Assembly (NCBI GenBank): GCA_951406725.2
Contig: OX597835.1
Location: 24,676,001-24,740,000 of the forward strand
DNA: 64,000 nucleotides
Origin: Octopus vulgaris
Lineage: Eukaryota
Direction of reading: 5' to 3'
Shown here: one piece after another, positions 47,243 through 61,326 of the stretch
Layout: each line of letters begins with the position of its first letter
How positions within the stretch are numbered: the first letter of the stretch is position 1
Program-made: the position numbers and the translations under genes
Notes under the pieces: generated by a model
Databases searched by the model: none
Seen by the model: the letters and a program-made list of their open reading frames with translations, nothing else
What the model was told of the DNA's origin: nothing

Positions 47243-47509
47243 GCATCTGTGTTTGTGTATCATAAATATATCTACATACACACAAACGCGTGCAGACACA
47301 CGCACACACATTCATACACACACACACATATATATATATATGAATGTACGTATGTATACAATGATATTCTTGATCAGAAATTATTCATTTTGCATAAAAA
47401 AGTACAAACCTTATCAAGCGTGATTTTATGTTGTGTAAACGCCTACAGGTTTTTTAAACTTTTCAGATACTCATGATATAAGGTTGTTTTTAGTATCGGT
47501 GTTGATTAT

Positions 47510-48050
47510 TTCCAGTTTTGTTTAGGATTTACAATTCTTATGAACTATTCTTTTGCTTGTCGTACTTAATTAATAATCTAAATTTTCCATTTGCACAAAT
47601 ATCAAGATGTTTAGTCCATGGAACATTTCTAAGATATGAATATTTGATTTGTTGCTTATGTACCCAAATGCGATTTATTATTTCTGATCCTGTTTGACCA
47701 ATATAATTCTCATTGATTTATGAGCATATACTGCAGTAACTGAAATGATTGCTTTCCGATTCATGTTTGCATTGGAATTCAATTCCTTCCCATTCTCCAT
47801 CTTTTGTTTTCTGCATTATTTCTTATTCTGATGTGAATATTACCTTTCATAAAAGGTGATTTTAAGATTTAGTGGTTGTTCTTCGGCTGTTCATAATTTG
47901 TGATTCTTCAATATTTTCCCAAAATTTGATAAGTGGTGTAGAATTTGAAGATATCATTTAGTCAAATATAAGATGCTATGGTTTATAGGATAACGGGTGA
48001 CTACAAATAGAATATTTATGCATTTGTCTTTGCCCTCATTTGGGAAGGTT
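47510..48050 (-). mobile_element. Penelope-like element GIY-YIG endonuclease relic
   Basis: NENYIGQTGSEIINRIWVHKQQIKYSYLRNVPWTKHLDICANGKF, then RQAKE*FIRIVNPKQN; upstream IMNSRR/QPLNLK across a frameshift. Confidence 0.82.
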
Positions 48051-48169
48051 TCTCCGTAAACCGCAAACTAGGATCTCTTTTGCATTGGTTATAGCATAGT
48101 TTACTAAGTTTTCTGGGTCTTTTTGTTCCTGAAAGAATAGTCTAATATTCGTTTTTCTTTATTATCATG

Positions 48170-48626
48170 CATGTTTCACTGGCTTCAATCATTCGTCTGT
48201 GGGCATGCTATAGCTACTGCTTTCAACGCGTTTAATCAATCATATCGCATCCCACCCCCACCAGGACTTATTTCAGATTGGTATTTATTTCATCGTTCCC
48301 TATTTGTCGAACCGATAAATTACGCGTCATAAAATGGCAAAACTATATGTACATATATAAGTTACAGAGACATAAACACACCAGCATCGGTTGTCAAGCG
48401 ATGTTGGGGTGGGGGCAGACACAGACATACACATATACATGTGTGTGTGTGTGTATATAATCGACGGGCTTCTTTCAGTTTCCATCTACTAAATCCACTC
48501 ACAAGGCCTTGGTCAGCCCAAGGCTATAGTAGAAGATACTTGCCCAAGACGCCATGCGGTGGGACTGAACCCAGAACCATGTGGCTAGGAAGCAAGCTTC
48601 TTACCATGCAGCCACGCCTGCGCCTA
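48170..48626 (-). mobile_element. Family A SINE (3' part degenerate)
   Basis: Reverse complement of the family A head and body. Confidence 0.88.
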
Positions 48627-48846
48627 TAATGTTTATCAATCTGTAAAATATGAGGCTTTCTTTGAATTTTCTTCCTTTTTTTTTTTGCCGCACCGTGTAT
48701 ATATGTTGTAGAATACAATTATTCTTGATAGAGTGAGGTTTTGGATTCTCTTTCGTACCAGCTGCAAAGGCATTAAGGAAAGCTTCCGTCCGGAATAAGC
48801 TCGCTTAGTGAGGATGTACATATGGTTGGTGTGTGAAACTGTTTGT

Positions 48847-48906
48847 CCAGGAAAGACAGGTGTGCACTCTGTGATGGATGGTTCCGAGCTGCGTTTCGTA
48901 GACCGT

Positions 48907-48952
<46 letters not shown>

Positions 48953-49055
48953 CTGAGTGAGTGTGTGTGTGTGTGTGCGTGTGTGTAAGGAGTAGTAACA
49001 GTTTACAAAACGCAGCTTCGAAACGCATCATAGGAGTACACACCTGCTATCTTGG
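48847..49055. repeat. About 60-bp imperfect inverted repeat around a (GT)n spacer
   Basis: caggtgtgcactctgtgatg...agctgcgtttcgtagac vs gtttacaaaacgcagct...catcataggagtacacacctg. Confidence 0.75.
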
Positions 49056-49344
49056 CTCTCTCTCGGTCTCTCGGTCTCTCAGTGTGTGTGCACCTGTATG
49101 TATATGAGTGTGTGTGTGCGTGTGTGTGTGTATGCATCCGTAGACAATACATATGTTTATTTTAATATATGAAACCTTGATTAATCTCCACGCATCATCC
49201 TGTTTAACCTATATATATATTATTAATGTGTATTATTTAGAATAGAAATTTTTAGTACAATCTTAATAATATATTTAAATTTATATTTTATTATAGATAA
49301 TATCTTTCATTATTAATTGAATTACTCTATGGAGTTTCTGTCAC

Positions 49345-49408
<64 letters not shown>

Positions 49409-49438
49409 CATACATATATACATACACACACATACATA

Positions 49439-49840
49439 TAGGAGTAGCTGTGTGGTAGGTAGCTTGCTTACCAACCACATGGTTCCGGGTTCAGTCCCAC
49501 TGCGTGGTACCTTGGGCAAGTGCCTTCTACTATAGCCTCGGGCCGACAAATGCTTTGTGAGTGGATTTGGTAGACGGAAACTGAAAGAAGCCCGTCGATT
49601 ATACACACACACACATATATGTATATGTGTATGTCTGTGTCTGCCCCCAGCCCAACATCACTTGACAACCGATGCTGGTGTGTTTATGTCCCTGTAACTT
49701 AGCGGTTCCGCAAAAGAGATCGATAGAATAAGTACTAGGCTTACAAAGAATAAGTCCTGGAGTCGATTTGCTCGACTAAAGGCAGTGCCCCAGCATTGTC
49801 GCAGTCAGATGACAGAAACAAGTAAAAAAAATAAAAGAAT
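49439..49840 (+). mobile_element. Near full-length family A SINE
   Basis: Matches 22018-22440. Confidence 0.93.
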
Positions 49841-49904
49841 GTACATACATACATACATACATACATACATACGTACGTACATAAATATATATATATATAA
49901 AACT

Positions 49905-49972
<68 letters not shown>

Positions 49973-49973
<1 letters not shown>

Positions 49974-50100
49974 CTCAAATTCCGCCGGGGTCGACTTTGC
50001 CTTTCATCCTCTCAGGGGTCGATAAAATAAGTACCAGCTGAATATGGGGTTCGATATAATTGACTAGTTCCCTCCCCCAAATTTCAGGCCTTGTGCCTAT
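49973..50100 (+). mobile_element. Family B core and tail2 fragment
   Basis: tcaaattccgccggggtcgactttgcctttcatcc...ggccttgtgcct. Confidence 0.85.
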
Positions 50101-50334
50101 AATAATATCATTATTATTATTATTGTTGTTGCTGTTGCTGTGCTGGATTGCTCGTGTTTCTGTTTTGCCTTGTCTTACGATATTGTTAGTGTTTTTACTG
50201 GTGTTTGGGGGTAGGGGGGAGGAGGGGTGCTGTTGTTATTGTTGTTTTAATTAGGTTGTTGCTAGTTTTTGTGCCTTCACATCTTCCACACGTCTGGCAA
50301 CCAGATGTACGCAAAGAGTAGAACCGAGAAACGC

Positions 50335-50341
50335 AATAATA

Positions 50342-50417
<76 letters not shown>

Positions 50418-50448
50418 TAATAATAATAATAATAATAGTAGTAGTAGT

Positions 50449-50514
<66 letters not shown>

Positions 50515-50548
50515 TGTAGTAATAATAATAATAACAAGAAGAAGAGAG

Positions 50549-50588
<40 letters not shown>

Positions 50589-50590
50589 AC
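50335..50590. repeat. Compound (AAT)(AGT)(AGC)(AGT)(AAT)(GAT) microsatellite
   Basis: Directly visible. Confidence 0.97.
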
Positions 50591-50784
50591 GAGAAAAAAC
50601 AAAAGAAAATAAATAAATAAACAATATAAATATAAACTAAAAGTTAAATTCAATACAAGAAGCATAAAATAAAATAAATATAAAAATTAAACAAATAACA
50701 ACACAAGAAAACAAAACAATTTTTTTTAAATAAAAAAAGAACAAAGGAAATAAACTATACAAACTTCGAAGAAATACCACCCCC

Positions 50785-50816
<32 letters not shown>

Positions 50817-51217
50817 CAATAATAACAACAACAACAATAACAATACTAACACAGTAATGACAATAATGTAAGCCAAGCAAAAGATATGCAATGTTAAAAA
50901 TGGCGGCAATCGTGAGATCTGGTCTGACAGGGCTGAAGGTTTTCTAAAGGTTTGATGAAGGACAGGCAACTGTTTTAGCCCTCTCTCCATCTTTCCAGCT
51001 TTTATTTCTCGACTTTACTTTCGTTATATATATCCATCAGTACCACCGCCATCAACACCCCACCACCACCACCACCACCACCACCTATCCTACATCATCA
51101 ACATCATCACCAGTAACCCAACCACCAGCGGCATCACTACCACCACCAAGTCCTCTCTTTCTCTTTCTCTCTCTCTCTCTCTCTCTTTATATATACGTAT
51201 ATATATATTTATACATA

Positions 51218-51271
<54 letters not shown>

Positions 51272-51474
51272 TATACATATTATATATACACATGTGTGTA
51301 CAGTTAACTCTCGTTTTTTCTCTCTCTCTCACTCGCTATCTTTCTCTCTCGCCCTCTCTCTATATATTTATACATATACAATATATATGTATGTGTATGT
51401 ATGTATGTATGTATATATATATATTATATATATATATATATATTTATATATATGTATATATATATATATGTATA

Positions 51475-51535
<61 letters not shown>

Positions 51536-51711
51536 GTTGCGTACAGCTAACTCTCATTCTCTCTCTCTCTCCTCTCTCTTTCCATCTCACTCTCTCTCTC
51601 TTTCTCCCTCCTACCTCCACTTGCTGTGTATGTTCTGTCACTCTTTCTCTCTCTTCTCTTACCTATCTCTTTTTATGTCTATTTCTATTGAAAACTATAT
51701 ATACATGCATA

Positions 51712-52080
51712 TATGGGTACAGGACATCAAAACAACATGAACCAATGAGAAAAAACAAAAACATAGAAAGCGAAATTTTTTTTTGAACAACGAAAGAAAC
51801 AAACAGAGAAACGAGACAGGCAACATAAAGAACATTCCCTTCATCAGTTGTCCCTGTTTTATCTACTCCGCGTTTGAAGGTAAGGACAAGACGCGACTTC
51901 GTTAAAACAGTCCTTCCCGCAAAGCAAATTAAATAAAATTTGGGAATTTTTTTTGCGGAGGGTTAAAGTGGTAACAAAAACAGGACAGTAAGAACAAATC
52001 AGTAAAAAGAAAACGGTGAGGGCTGAGTAGAGATGGCTTTTTGGGGGTTAAAAATTACCCCCAAAAGCCATCTAATTTTG
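51712..52080 (-). mobile_element. Second copy of the 43330 family
   Basis: See 43330; minus strand AAACGCG...CTGATGAAGGG. Confidence 0.65.
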
Positions 52081-52092
52081 TCAAATATACAT

Positions 52093-52169
<77 letters not shown>

Positions 52170-52483
52170 TTATCTTAATCCCCATTGCCTCTTTCCCTCC
52201 TTGTATCTCTTCCCTGTTGTCTACGTTATCAGATAAATATTACGTAAGAGACAAACACAAAACATCCCTAAAGGCTCACACGCAAGCACACATACACTCA
52301 CACGCACATATACACACACGTACCTACCTACCTACATACACACACACATACAACACACACATATGTATACTTGTATGTGTGTATGTGTCAAAAATTTAAC
52401 AAAAACACAACAAACGGAATTTTTTACGAAAAACATGACAGAAAATCCGTAGCTAATTCCTCGTCAATCAATGTCCTGGATTG

Positions 52484-52526
<43 letters not shown>

Positions 52527-52669
52527 AATAATAATAATAATAATAATAATAATTTCATTTATTTGCTATAAGGGCGGGTGAGGGGTACGCTACAAAGACA
52601 GATACAAACTTTGGGGATTTACATATAATAAAATGATAATATAATTAAAGAAAGGTAAGTATGCATGAT

Positions 52670-53103
52670 CCTTTCTACTAAAGCACAAGGTGTAAATCGA
52701 TTACATTGTCCCCTCTGCTTGACTGGTACTTAATTTATCGACCCTGAAAGGAAGAAAGGCAAAGTCGACCTTTAGCAGAATTTGAACTTACAACGTAGCG
52801 GCAGACGAAATACCGCTAAGCATTTTGCCCGGCATGCTAACGATTCTGCCAGCTCATCGCTTCGATGACGATGACGATGAAAATGACGATGATGATGATG
52901 ATTTCAAATTTTTGCCACAAGGGCAGCATGGGTGGGTGGGGGATTAAGTCGATTACGTCGACCCCACTGTTACACCAGTACTTAATTTATCGACCCCGAA
53001 AGAATGAAAGGAAAGTCGACCTCGGCGGAATTGGATCTCAGAACGTGAAGACGGACGAAATACTGCTCAGCTTCTAGTCCGGCGTGCTAACGATTGCGCC
53101 AGC
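52670..53103 (-). mobile_element. Two tandem family B SINEs (about 52670-52862 and 52905-53103)
   Basis: Both carry the core and head in reverse. Confidence 0.85.
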
Positions 53104-54199
53104 TTCACTGTACTCTATGTACAAGGTCTCGTTAATTATTCGTATCTCACGATATCACCTAGAACGCAATAAAAGTGCGTATCAGAGATCTACTGTGGGA
53201 TAAGTCTGATCTAAGCCATCTGTTTCCGCTTTACAGCGATTGCAGAGTGTTGCAGTGGGTCGGTGTGGCTGCAGAGAAACGGTGGTTCTGAGGTGGCAGT
53301 GGTGGCGGTGGTAGCTGTTGTAATGGTGGTAGTATTTAATCACTTTGATATCAGAATAACCTTAATTAAGAACACAGAATTGCTCTAAAAACTTTGTCTT
53401 AATTTCATGTGTTATAGTAGTCAGTCGGCCTTGTAAAGACTTGTAAACATTGGAACGTATTACGTCAATGGAGTCATATCCGGTTTCGGTGTTTCACTAG
53501 TGTGCAGTGCAGCTTCGTTCTGCATGTGTGCATGTGTATATGTGAATGTGTGTGTAGTGTGTGTGAGTGTGTGGTGGAGGGTATGGTGTTGTATTTGTTG
53601 TTGCTGTTGTGGTGGTTGTTTGCATTTTGCTACACTGCACTTGCAGCTGATGCTTTCTGTGCTAATGTAGTGGTTGCTGCTATTGACGATGTTGATGATG
53701 ATGATGGTGGTGGTGGTGGTGGAAGCGGTGGCTGTGGTGATGGAAACGATGTTGAGAAGGATGATGATGATAATGATGACAATGACGACGACGTCAATGA
53801 TGATATGATGGTGGTGGTGGTGATGGTGATGGTGGTGAGAATGATGATGGTGATGGATTTGGTTGTGATTGTAGAGGTGGCGGTGTGATGATGTTGATGG
53901 TGATGATAATGATGATGATAGTAGTGGCGGAGGTGCTGGTAGCAGTAGTGGAGGTGGTGGTGATATACGCACAACCGTATAATATTCTTTCCAGGAGATG
54001 CAGACCCTACTCAGTTACCGACCAATGGTACATTTCAGTTTCGCACCTTTAACGATGAGATTGAGTGCTTCCCAATTGGCGGTGCCCGCAAAAGGATTTC
54101 TTGCGGAGAATTAGGAAAAAGAGCAAACAAAACGAAACAAAACAAGCAAAGCGGCACATATATATATATGTATGCATGTCTATGCATATATACATATAC

Positions 54200-54292
<93 letters not shown>

Positions 54293-54319
54293 TAGATATA
54301 GATACATATATATACATAC

Positions 54320-54371
<52 letters not shown>

Positions 54372-54519
54372 ATATGTGAGACAACCTACCCCAGAATCTC
54401 CACCACCCAAATTACAGCCTACCGGCGGCAAACATGCGTCTGTTGTTAAGTATATGTGGTCGCTAATGTGTATTACGTTAGCGCTGCTTCTATTTCCCAT
54501 TTGAATATATACATTCTTC

Positions 54520-54919
54520 TATTCTTTTAATTGTTTCAGTTATATGACTGCGGCCGTGTTGGAGCACCGCTTTAAAGGGTTTTAGTCGAAGAAATCGCGC
54601 CCAGGCGTTATTCTTTGTAAGCTTAGTACTTATTCTACCGGTTACTTTTGCCGAACTGCTAGGTTATGGGGGCATGATCACACCAGCATCGGTTGTCAAG
54701 CGATGGTAGGAGTACAAACACAAACACACACATATATAAATATATATACATATATATACGACGGGATTTTTTCAGTTTCCAACTACCAAATCCACTCACA
54801 AGGTTTTGGTCGACCCCAGGTTATAGCAGAAGACCTTTGCCCAAGGTGCCATGCAGTGGGACTGAACCCGGAACGATGTGGTTGGGAAGCAAACTTTTTC
54901 ACACAGCCGCGCCTGCGCC

Positions 54920-54921
<2 letters not shown>
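54520..54921 (-). mobile_element. Full-length family A SINE
   Basis: Reverse complement of family A. Confidence 0.92.
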
Positions 54922-54989
<68 letters not shown>

Positions 54990-55297
54990 CGTGTGTGTAT
55001 GTGTGTATAGTTCAAATTTACAGAAAGCAAAAGACGAAGACAGCTGAGGGAACAAGAGGCTATAATTTTTTCCAAAGGACATACTAAGTATGTTCTTTGA
55101 TTAATTTTAATTAATTATATTTATATATCGTAACCGGCCGAAAGTGCCGAGAAAATCTGGAACTCGACTGAGGATAGAAAACTTCAAATGTCCCGTCCTT
55201 GTTGTTTTCCTGTCCTTTTTTGTATCGTCTAACTGTCCGGATGTTTTGTTGTCGCCTGTTATGTTCTTGCTTCATTTTTTGTTTTCCTCTCTCTCAT

Positions 55298-55338
<41 letters not shown>

Positions 55339-55360
55339 CTCTATATATATATATATATAT

Positions 55361-55512
55361 CGTTCAAATTGATAGAAAAACTAAGGAAAAGACAGGTGTA
55401 GAAACAACAAGCAGGTGTATTAGTTTAGCGCTTGGGAAATTTTGGAAAAGTCTTTTACATTTCGAGCCTACGCTCTTCGACAGAAAGGATTAAGAGGATA
55501 AATAGGAGAGGT
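55361..55512 (-). mobile_element. Penelope-type pseudo-LTR fragment with hammerhead-like motif (55452-55487)
   Basis: CTTT CTGTCGA A GAGC GTAG GCTC GAAATGTA AAAG; (TA)n on both sides. Confidence 0.72.
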
Positions 55513-55514
55513 TA

Positions 55515-55545
<31 letters not shown>

Positions 55546-55937
55546 ATGTTGCACACGCACATACACACACACAAACACTCATGAGATACGTGTGCGTTTA
55601 CGTGCGTGATCGAGGGTGTAGAGTGTCCTTGGCTAAACAAATATCGTTCTGACGAAGAAAAAGTAGGGTACGATATTTTGTTCCGTTTGTGTTATATCCC
55701 TTACGGTGATACTAATCGACAAAATATGTATCTGAGGAAATACTGATGACCCATAAAATTGACCAAAACCTTTCAAAACGGTGTTCCTGCATGGCCGTGA
55801 ACCGCTACTATTCTGTGTTTTTTAGGAGTTGGGTGTAAAAAATGACAAATCTAAGGAGCCCTTAGCTTATAAAAATAAAGATTTGGCTGCTATTTCTCTC
55901 AGGCTGGGAGACTGCGTAGAGACAGTTGGTGGCTATT

Positions 55938-55989
<52 letters not shown>

Positions 55990-56005
55990 CAGTAGCAGCA
56001 GTAGC

Positions 56006-56047
<42 letters not shown>

Positions 56048-56068
56048 TGTTGTAATAGTAGTAGCAGC

Positions 56069-56141
<73 letters not shown>

Positions 56142-56178
56142 ATGGTAGTAGTAGCAGTAGTAGTAGTAATAGTAGTAA
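55938..56178. repeat. (GTA)n microsatellite
   Basis: Directly visible. Confidence 0.98.
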
Positions 56179-56844
56179 TGAATTATGCAAGCGAGTGTGA
56201 TATCGGTGGCGCTGATGTCGACGTCGGTGGGGACGGAGGCGGGGAGGGCGGGGACGAGACGGGAAGGACACGATGTTGTTGAAGGGAGAGAGAGAGAGAA
56301 AGAGAGGTTGAAATTGAGTAACTTGGACTATGTAATATGAAACCGGAAGTACTCCACACACACGCACGCACACACATTAACACATACCAATTCCAAAACA
56401 TCCCACACACACACACTCACACCCATACCCACTTCAGTACTCTTCCGTCGTCTCTCTCCGCCACCCGACCACCCGACGAAATTAGCTCAGGAAGAATGAA
56501 CCCCACCCCCGCCATCACCATCACCACCAACAAGGCTATCCACCCATGCTCCATGACTATCCACCCGTTTACCACCAGCATTCTACCCCTTTCTACTGAG
56601 ATATTTACCTACCCTGTACACATACCCATGAAAATGTACGAATACAAACCTTTTGAAGCTGAGAACAAAAGTATTTCGGCAAAAATACCTCAACCAATAC
56701 TTGTCGTGTGTGTGTGTGAGAGAGAGAGAGTGATATGTATGTATATATGTGTATGCATACATATATGTACGTGTATATATATGTGTGTGTGTGTGAGTGA
56801 TGTGTATGTATATATGTATATGAATACATATATGTACGCATGTG

Positions 56845-56877
<33 letters not shown>

Positions 56878-57093
56878 ACATGTGTGTGTTTACATACATA
56901 TATGCATATATGTATATATATATCTGTGTGTGTGTGTGTGTATACACGCATACTTTTGTATGCAAGCATGTATATGTACAAATACATAGATTTATGGAGG
57001 GATGCATGTGTATATTAAAGAATGAATATGTGTGTGTATATATATATATATATGTATATGAATATATATACATACACACACACACATACACAC

Positions 57094-57124
<31 letters not shown>

Positions 57125-57869
57125 TTGTGTATGAGTGTGTGTGCGTGTGTCTGTGTATAGAGAGATTATATAATTACACACATACACACACACACTCATA
57201 CACAATGTATGTATCTAATATATGTTTGCGCCGGTGCGCCCGTGTGTGTGTGTGTGTGTGAGCGGCAATAGAGGACAGGGTGAAAGAGAAGGTGTGGCAA
57301 TATGTGCCGAAAGTACTCTTAGAATTCCAAAGACTCGTGCCAGTCATAATAATCGTTTTGCTATGGCACCCGGCTACTTAACATGTTGTTCACAGTGAAA
57401 AAAATAAAAATGCCATCAGTTTAGCTGGGTAAAGCCCACCCCAGTTTTTTTTTTTTTGACGCCTACACCTTGAGTTATAGCCACCAACACCCACAACTAT
57501 TGCCGCCCGCCGCCGTCACTACCACCATTAATACTTTCATGTGGTCGCTCGCCCTAGCAGAAAGAGCAGGTGGGGGAGAGGGTTATCTCAAATCACATTT
57601 TACTATCTTGAAACAAAATGAGAGGACACACTGGATAAAATAGTTTGTGTGTGAAAGGATGGGATGGTCGTGACTGGAATGTCTTTGATCATAAGTACTG
57701 GATCAGAAATGATTCAAGACCAAACAAGAATAACAATAATAACAACACGCGGGTGAAGAAATTCCTTTTTGTATATCTGTGTGTGAGTGTATGTGTGTGT
57801 GTGCGTACGTGTGTGTATGTGTGTCTGTTTGCGTGTGTGTGTGTGTATGTGTCTGTGTCTATATGTATC

Positions 57870-58167
57870 GACCCCACAACACCGCTTGACAACCGCTGCT
57901 GGTATGTTTACGCTCCTGTAAATTAGTGGTTCGGCGAAAAAAAAACGATAGAATGATTATAAGGCTTTAAAAAATAAGTAGTGGGGTCGATACATTCGAT
58001 AGAAGTTCTCCAAGGCGGTGCCCCAGCATGGCCGCAGTCTAATGGCTGAATCAAATAAAAGACATAAGATTAATGATATATCTATGTGCATGTGTCTTTG
58101 TGTCTGTGCTTGTCCCAACACCACAACCGCTTGACAACCGATGCTGATGTGTTTACGTCCGCGTGAT
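57870..58167 (+). mobile_element. Family A SINE 3' half plus a second fragment
   Basis: ccgcttgacaaccg occurs twice; tail cagcatggccgcagtctaatggctgaa. Confidence 0.8.
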
Positions 58168-58532
58168 AAGGCGGTGAGCTGGCAGAAACGTTAGGAACGC
58201 CGGGCGAAATACTTAGCGGTATTTCGTCTGTCTTTACGTTCTGAGTTCAAATTCCGTCGAGGTCGACTTTGCCTTTCATCCTTTCGGGGTCGATTAAATA
58301 AGTACTAGTTACGCACTGGGGTCGGTGTAATCGACTTAATCCGTTTGTCTGTCCTTGTTTGTCCCCTCTATGTTTAGCCCCTTGTGAGCAATAAAGAAAT
58401 ACGAAACGTTAGCCTGGCGAATTACTTAGCGGTATTTCGTCTGCCGCTACGTTCTGAGTTCAAATTCCGCCGAAGTCAACTTTGCCTTTCATCCTTTCAG
58501 GGATGAAGTACCAGTTGCGTACTGGAGTCGAT
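58168..58532 (+). mobile_element. Dimeric family B SINE abutting a family A fragment
   Basis: Head, core, tail1, then re-entry at gaaacgttagc and a second core. Confidence 0.88.
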
Positions 58533-58569
58533 AAACTAGCAATACAGTGAACATGTATACCTATAAGCA

Positions 58570-58618
<49 letters not shown>

Positions 58619-58694
58619 ATGTATGTATGTATGTATGTATGTATGTATGTATGTATGTATGAATTTGTGTGCGCGCGCGCGTGTATTATGTACA

Positions 58695-58991
58695 TAGGCA
58701 CAGGCGTGGCTGTGTGGGAAGTCGTTTGGTTCCCGGCCACGTGGTTCCGGATTCAGTCCCACTGCGTGGCAACTTCGGCGATTGTCTTCTACTCGAACAT
58801 CTTGCCGACCAAAGGCAGGTGAATGGATTTGATAGACGGAAACAGAAAGAAGCCCGTTGTGTGTGTGTGTGTGTCTTTGTATCTGTGTTCGTCCTCCACC
58901 ACCGCTTGAGAACCGGTGTTGGTGTATTTACTTCCCTGTAACTTAGCAGTTCAGTAAAAGAGACTAAAAATTCTTCAAGCTGGTGCTCCAG
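58695..58991 (+). mobile_element. Degenerate family A SINE
   Basis: ggcacaggcgtggctgtgtgg...ggtgctccag. Confidence 0.82.
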
Positions 58992-59005
58992 TGTGTGTGT
59001 GTATG

Positions 59006-59051
<46 letters not shown>

Positions 59052-59110
59052 TATATACATATATATACACACACACATATATACATATACTTACATATAT
59101 ACATACATAT

Positions 59111-59168
<58 letters not shown>

Positions 59169-59171
<3 letters not shown>

Positions 59172-59425
59172 CTTGAGCAAGGCACTTTATTTCACGTTGC
59201 TCCAGTTCACTCAGCTGTAGAAATGAGTTGCGACGTCACTGGTGCCAAGCTGTATCGACCTTTGTCTTTCCCTTGGATAACACTGGTGGCGTGGAGAGGG
59301 GAGGCTGGTATGCATGGGCGACTGCTGGTCTTCCATAAACAACCTTGCCCGGACTTGTGTCTAGGAGGGTAACTTTCTAGGTGCAATCCCATGGTCATTC
59401 ATGACCGAAGGGGGTCTTTACCCCA
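59169..59425 (+). mobile_element. Headless family C-core SINE with a distinct tail
   Basis: gttcttgagcaaggcactttatttcacgttgctccagttcactcagctg core shared with 3541. Confidence 0.7.
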
Positions 59426-60502
59426 TATGTATGCATGTATGTATGTATCCCGTTTTTTCACACAGATTATAACTGAAGTAACCTAACTAAACTCTGTTTG
59501 CTTTGTAACAACCCCTCACCAACAGGCACACACCTCCCACCCCTCAGAACGAACTGCAACTCCTCCATCGAAATCAATCGAAAAGATCCAGTCCTACCAA
59601 CTTTCCCCGGTCACATGCCATTTATCATCCCAACTTACTGATATCAATGGAGAAAACTAAAACACTTTCACAATTTTTTTTAAGAAAACAAGCTTAATGG
59701 AATGGATTTCACCAAGAAACAGAATCAAAAGATTTCAGAAAGCCAGAACCCTTTAACCATCGCAAAAAAAAAAGAATCCTACAATGCATCATAAAAAATA
59801 CAATCCTAATTAAACATCAGAAATATCCAACATCGTAGAATTAAAAAAAACCGAGACCTCGAACACAATACTGTGAAACCTCACACAACTGAAATAAAAC
59901 TCAACATCAATGAACTAAACAAGGAAATAGCAGCAAAAATAAACCACAGAAAAACAGAAAACTGGCAAACGTTTGTATATCCAACATAAAGTGAAAAAAA
60001 AAAACCCAAAAACAACTACCAGTAAAACTGTACATAGAGTAATTAACAATACCAACGGCAACAACGTTCGGACCACACCCTTCTTCTCACAGAACATCAA
60101 ATCTCATCAACAACACGAAAGCATCATATACAAGCAGCCATTACACTCAGCAACGTAAATATATGCCACACACGCAGAATGACAGAAAAAAAAATTTTTT
60201 TAAGCCAGGAGTTGCATGTAAGTTTTTCTACAATATTCACAACATAATAAATTTACTTTACTTTGGCCGAGCTTGCAACCGGTTCTCGATTGTATTTTTT
60301 CGATTGCTAAGCATCTCCATCCATCATCGCTACCTTCGGTTCGTCGGTAGAATTCAATCCAATGTCTTCCTTCAGGATGTCGGTAAATGACAAAGATTCG
60401 CAGGAGCTATGCACTGTTATAAGGAGTCACTGACCAGGGCGGAAGAACTTGCTTAGGTCAACGGCCATGTGGTCGAGGCTAACGCGTGTCTCAGGTAGAG
60501 GA

Positions 60503-60639
60503 ATACCTATTTCTGTACTACCCACAAGGGGCTAGACACAGAGAGGACAAACAAGGACAGACAAACGGATTAAGTAGATTATATCGACCCCAGTACGTAA
60601 CTGGTACTTATTTAATCGACCCCGAAAGGATGAAAGGCA
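60503..60639 (-). mobile_element. Family B SINE 3' fragment
   Basis: atacctatttc...cccgaaaggatgaaaggca. Confidence 0.88.
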
Positions 60640-60954
60640 CGTTGCGGCTAACAGCTTGGAAAGGAATGGGCGCCGCCAAGCTAACTTGCCCGTGGTATAT
60701 TCATGACGATGAGAACCAGTCCAGGAGTCACACCTGATCAAGCCTCGATTTCGCCGGCTCACAGAAGGAAACAGAAGACCGAGAGAGGAGTGGTGAAATC
60801 TGGTTACAAAATTGGTACTTAGATGTTAAGTATCGTGGAGACCCTGTGAGATATTTGACGACAGGTTGCAGTTCGCTCTTACAGAATTGACCGGAGCAAT
60901 TACGATCGAGAGCGCTGAGAAGTAAAATGGAAATAATGATAATGATTATTGGTT

Positions 60955-61326
60955 CAAATTTGGCGACATGACCAACCAATTTAGTGTGTGAGGATAAGTT
61001 GATTACATCGATCCCAGCACTTGATTGATACTTTATTTTATCGAACCCGAAAGGATGAAATGCATAGGTGACCGACCTCGGCGGGATTTGAACTCAGTAA
61101 AGAGCTGGAAGAAATGCCACTAAGCATTCTGATACAAATTCTACCAGCACTCTACTTTAATTGTTTAAAGTCTTGGCACAAGACCAGCAACATTAGAGGA
61201 AAGAGGTTAACCGATGGAAGGATGAAAGGCAAGGCTGACCTCGGTGGGATTTGAACTTGGAACGTAAATGGCCGGAAGAAATTTAGTTAAGCACTTTGTC
61301 CGAGCCCGCTAACGATTCTGCCAGCC
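60955..61326 (-). mobile_element. Two degenerate family B SINEs
   Basis: aaggatgaaa...gacctcgg(c/t)gggatttgaact occurs twice. Confidence 0.75.

Noticed and set aside
56337-57134. 265-aa ORF
   Set aside because: The second half is microsatellite and the first half has no recognisable motif.
59440-60150. Possible retroelement ORF relic (A-rich)
   Set aside because: Too decayed to find a diagnostic motif by eye.
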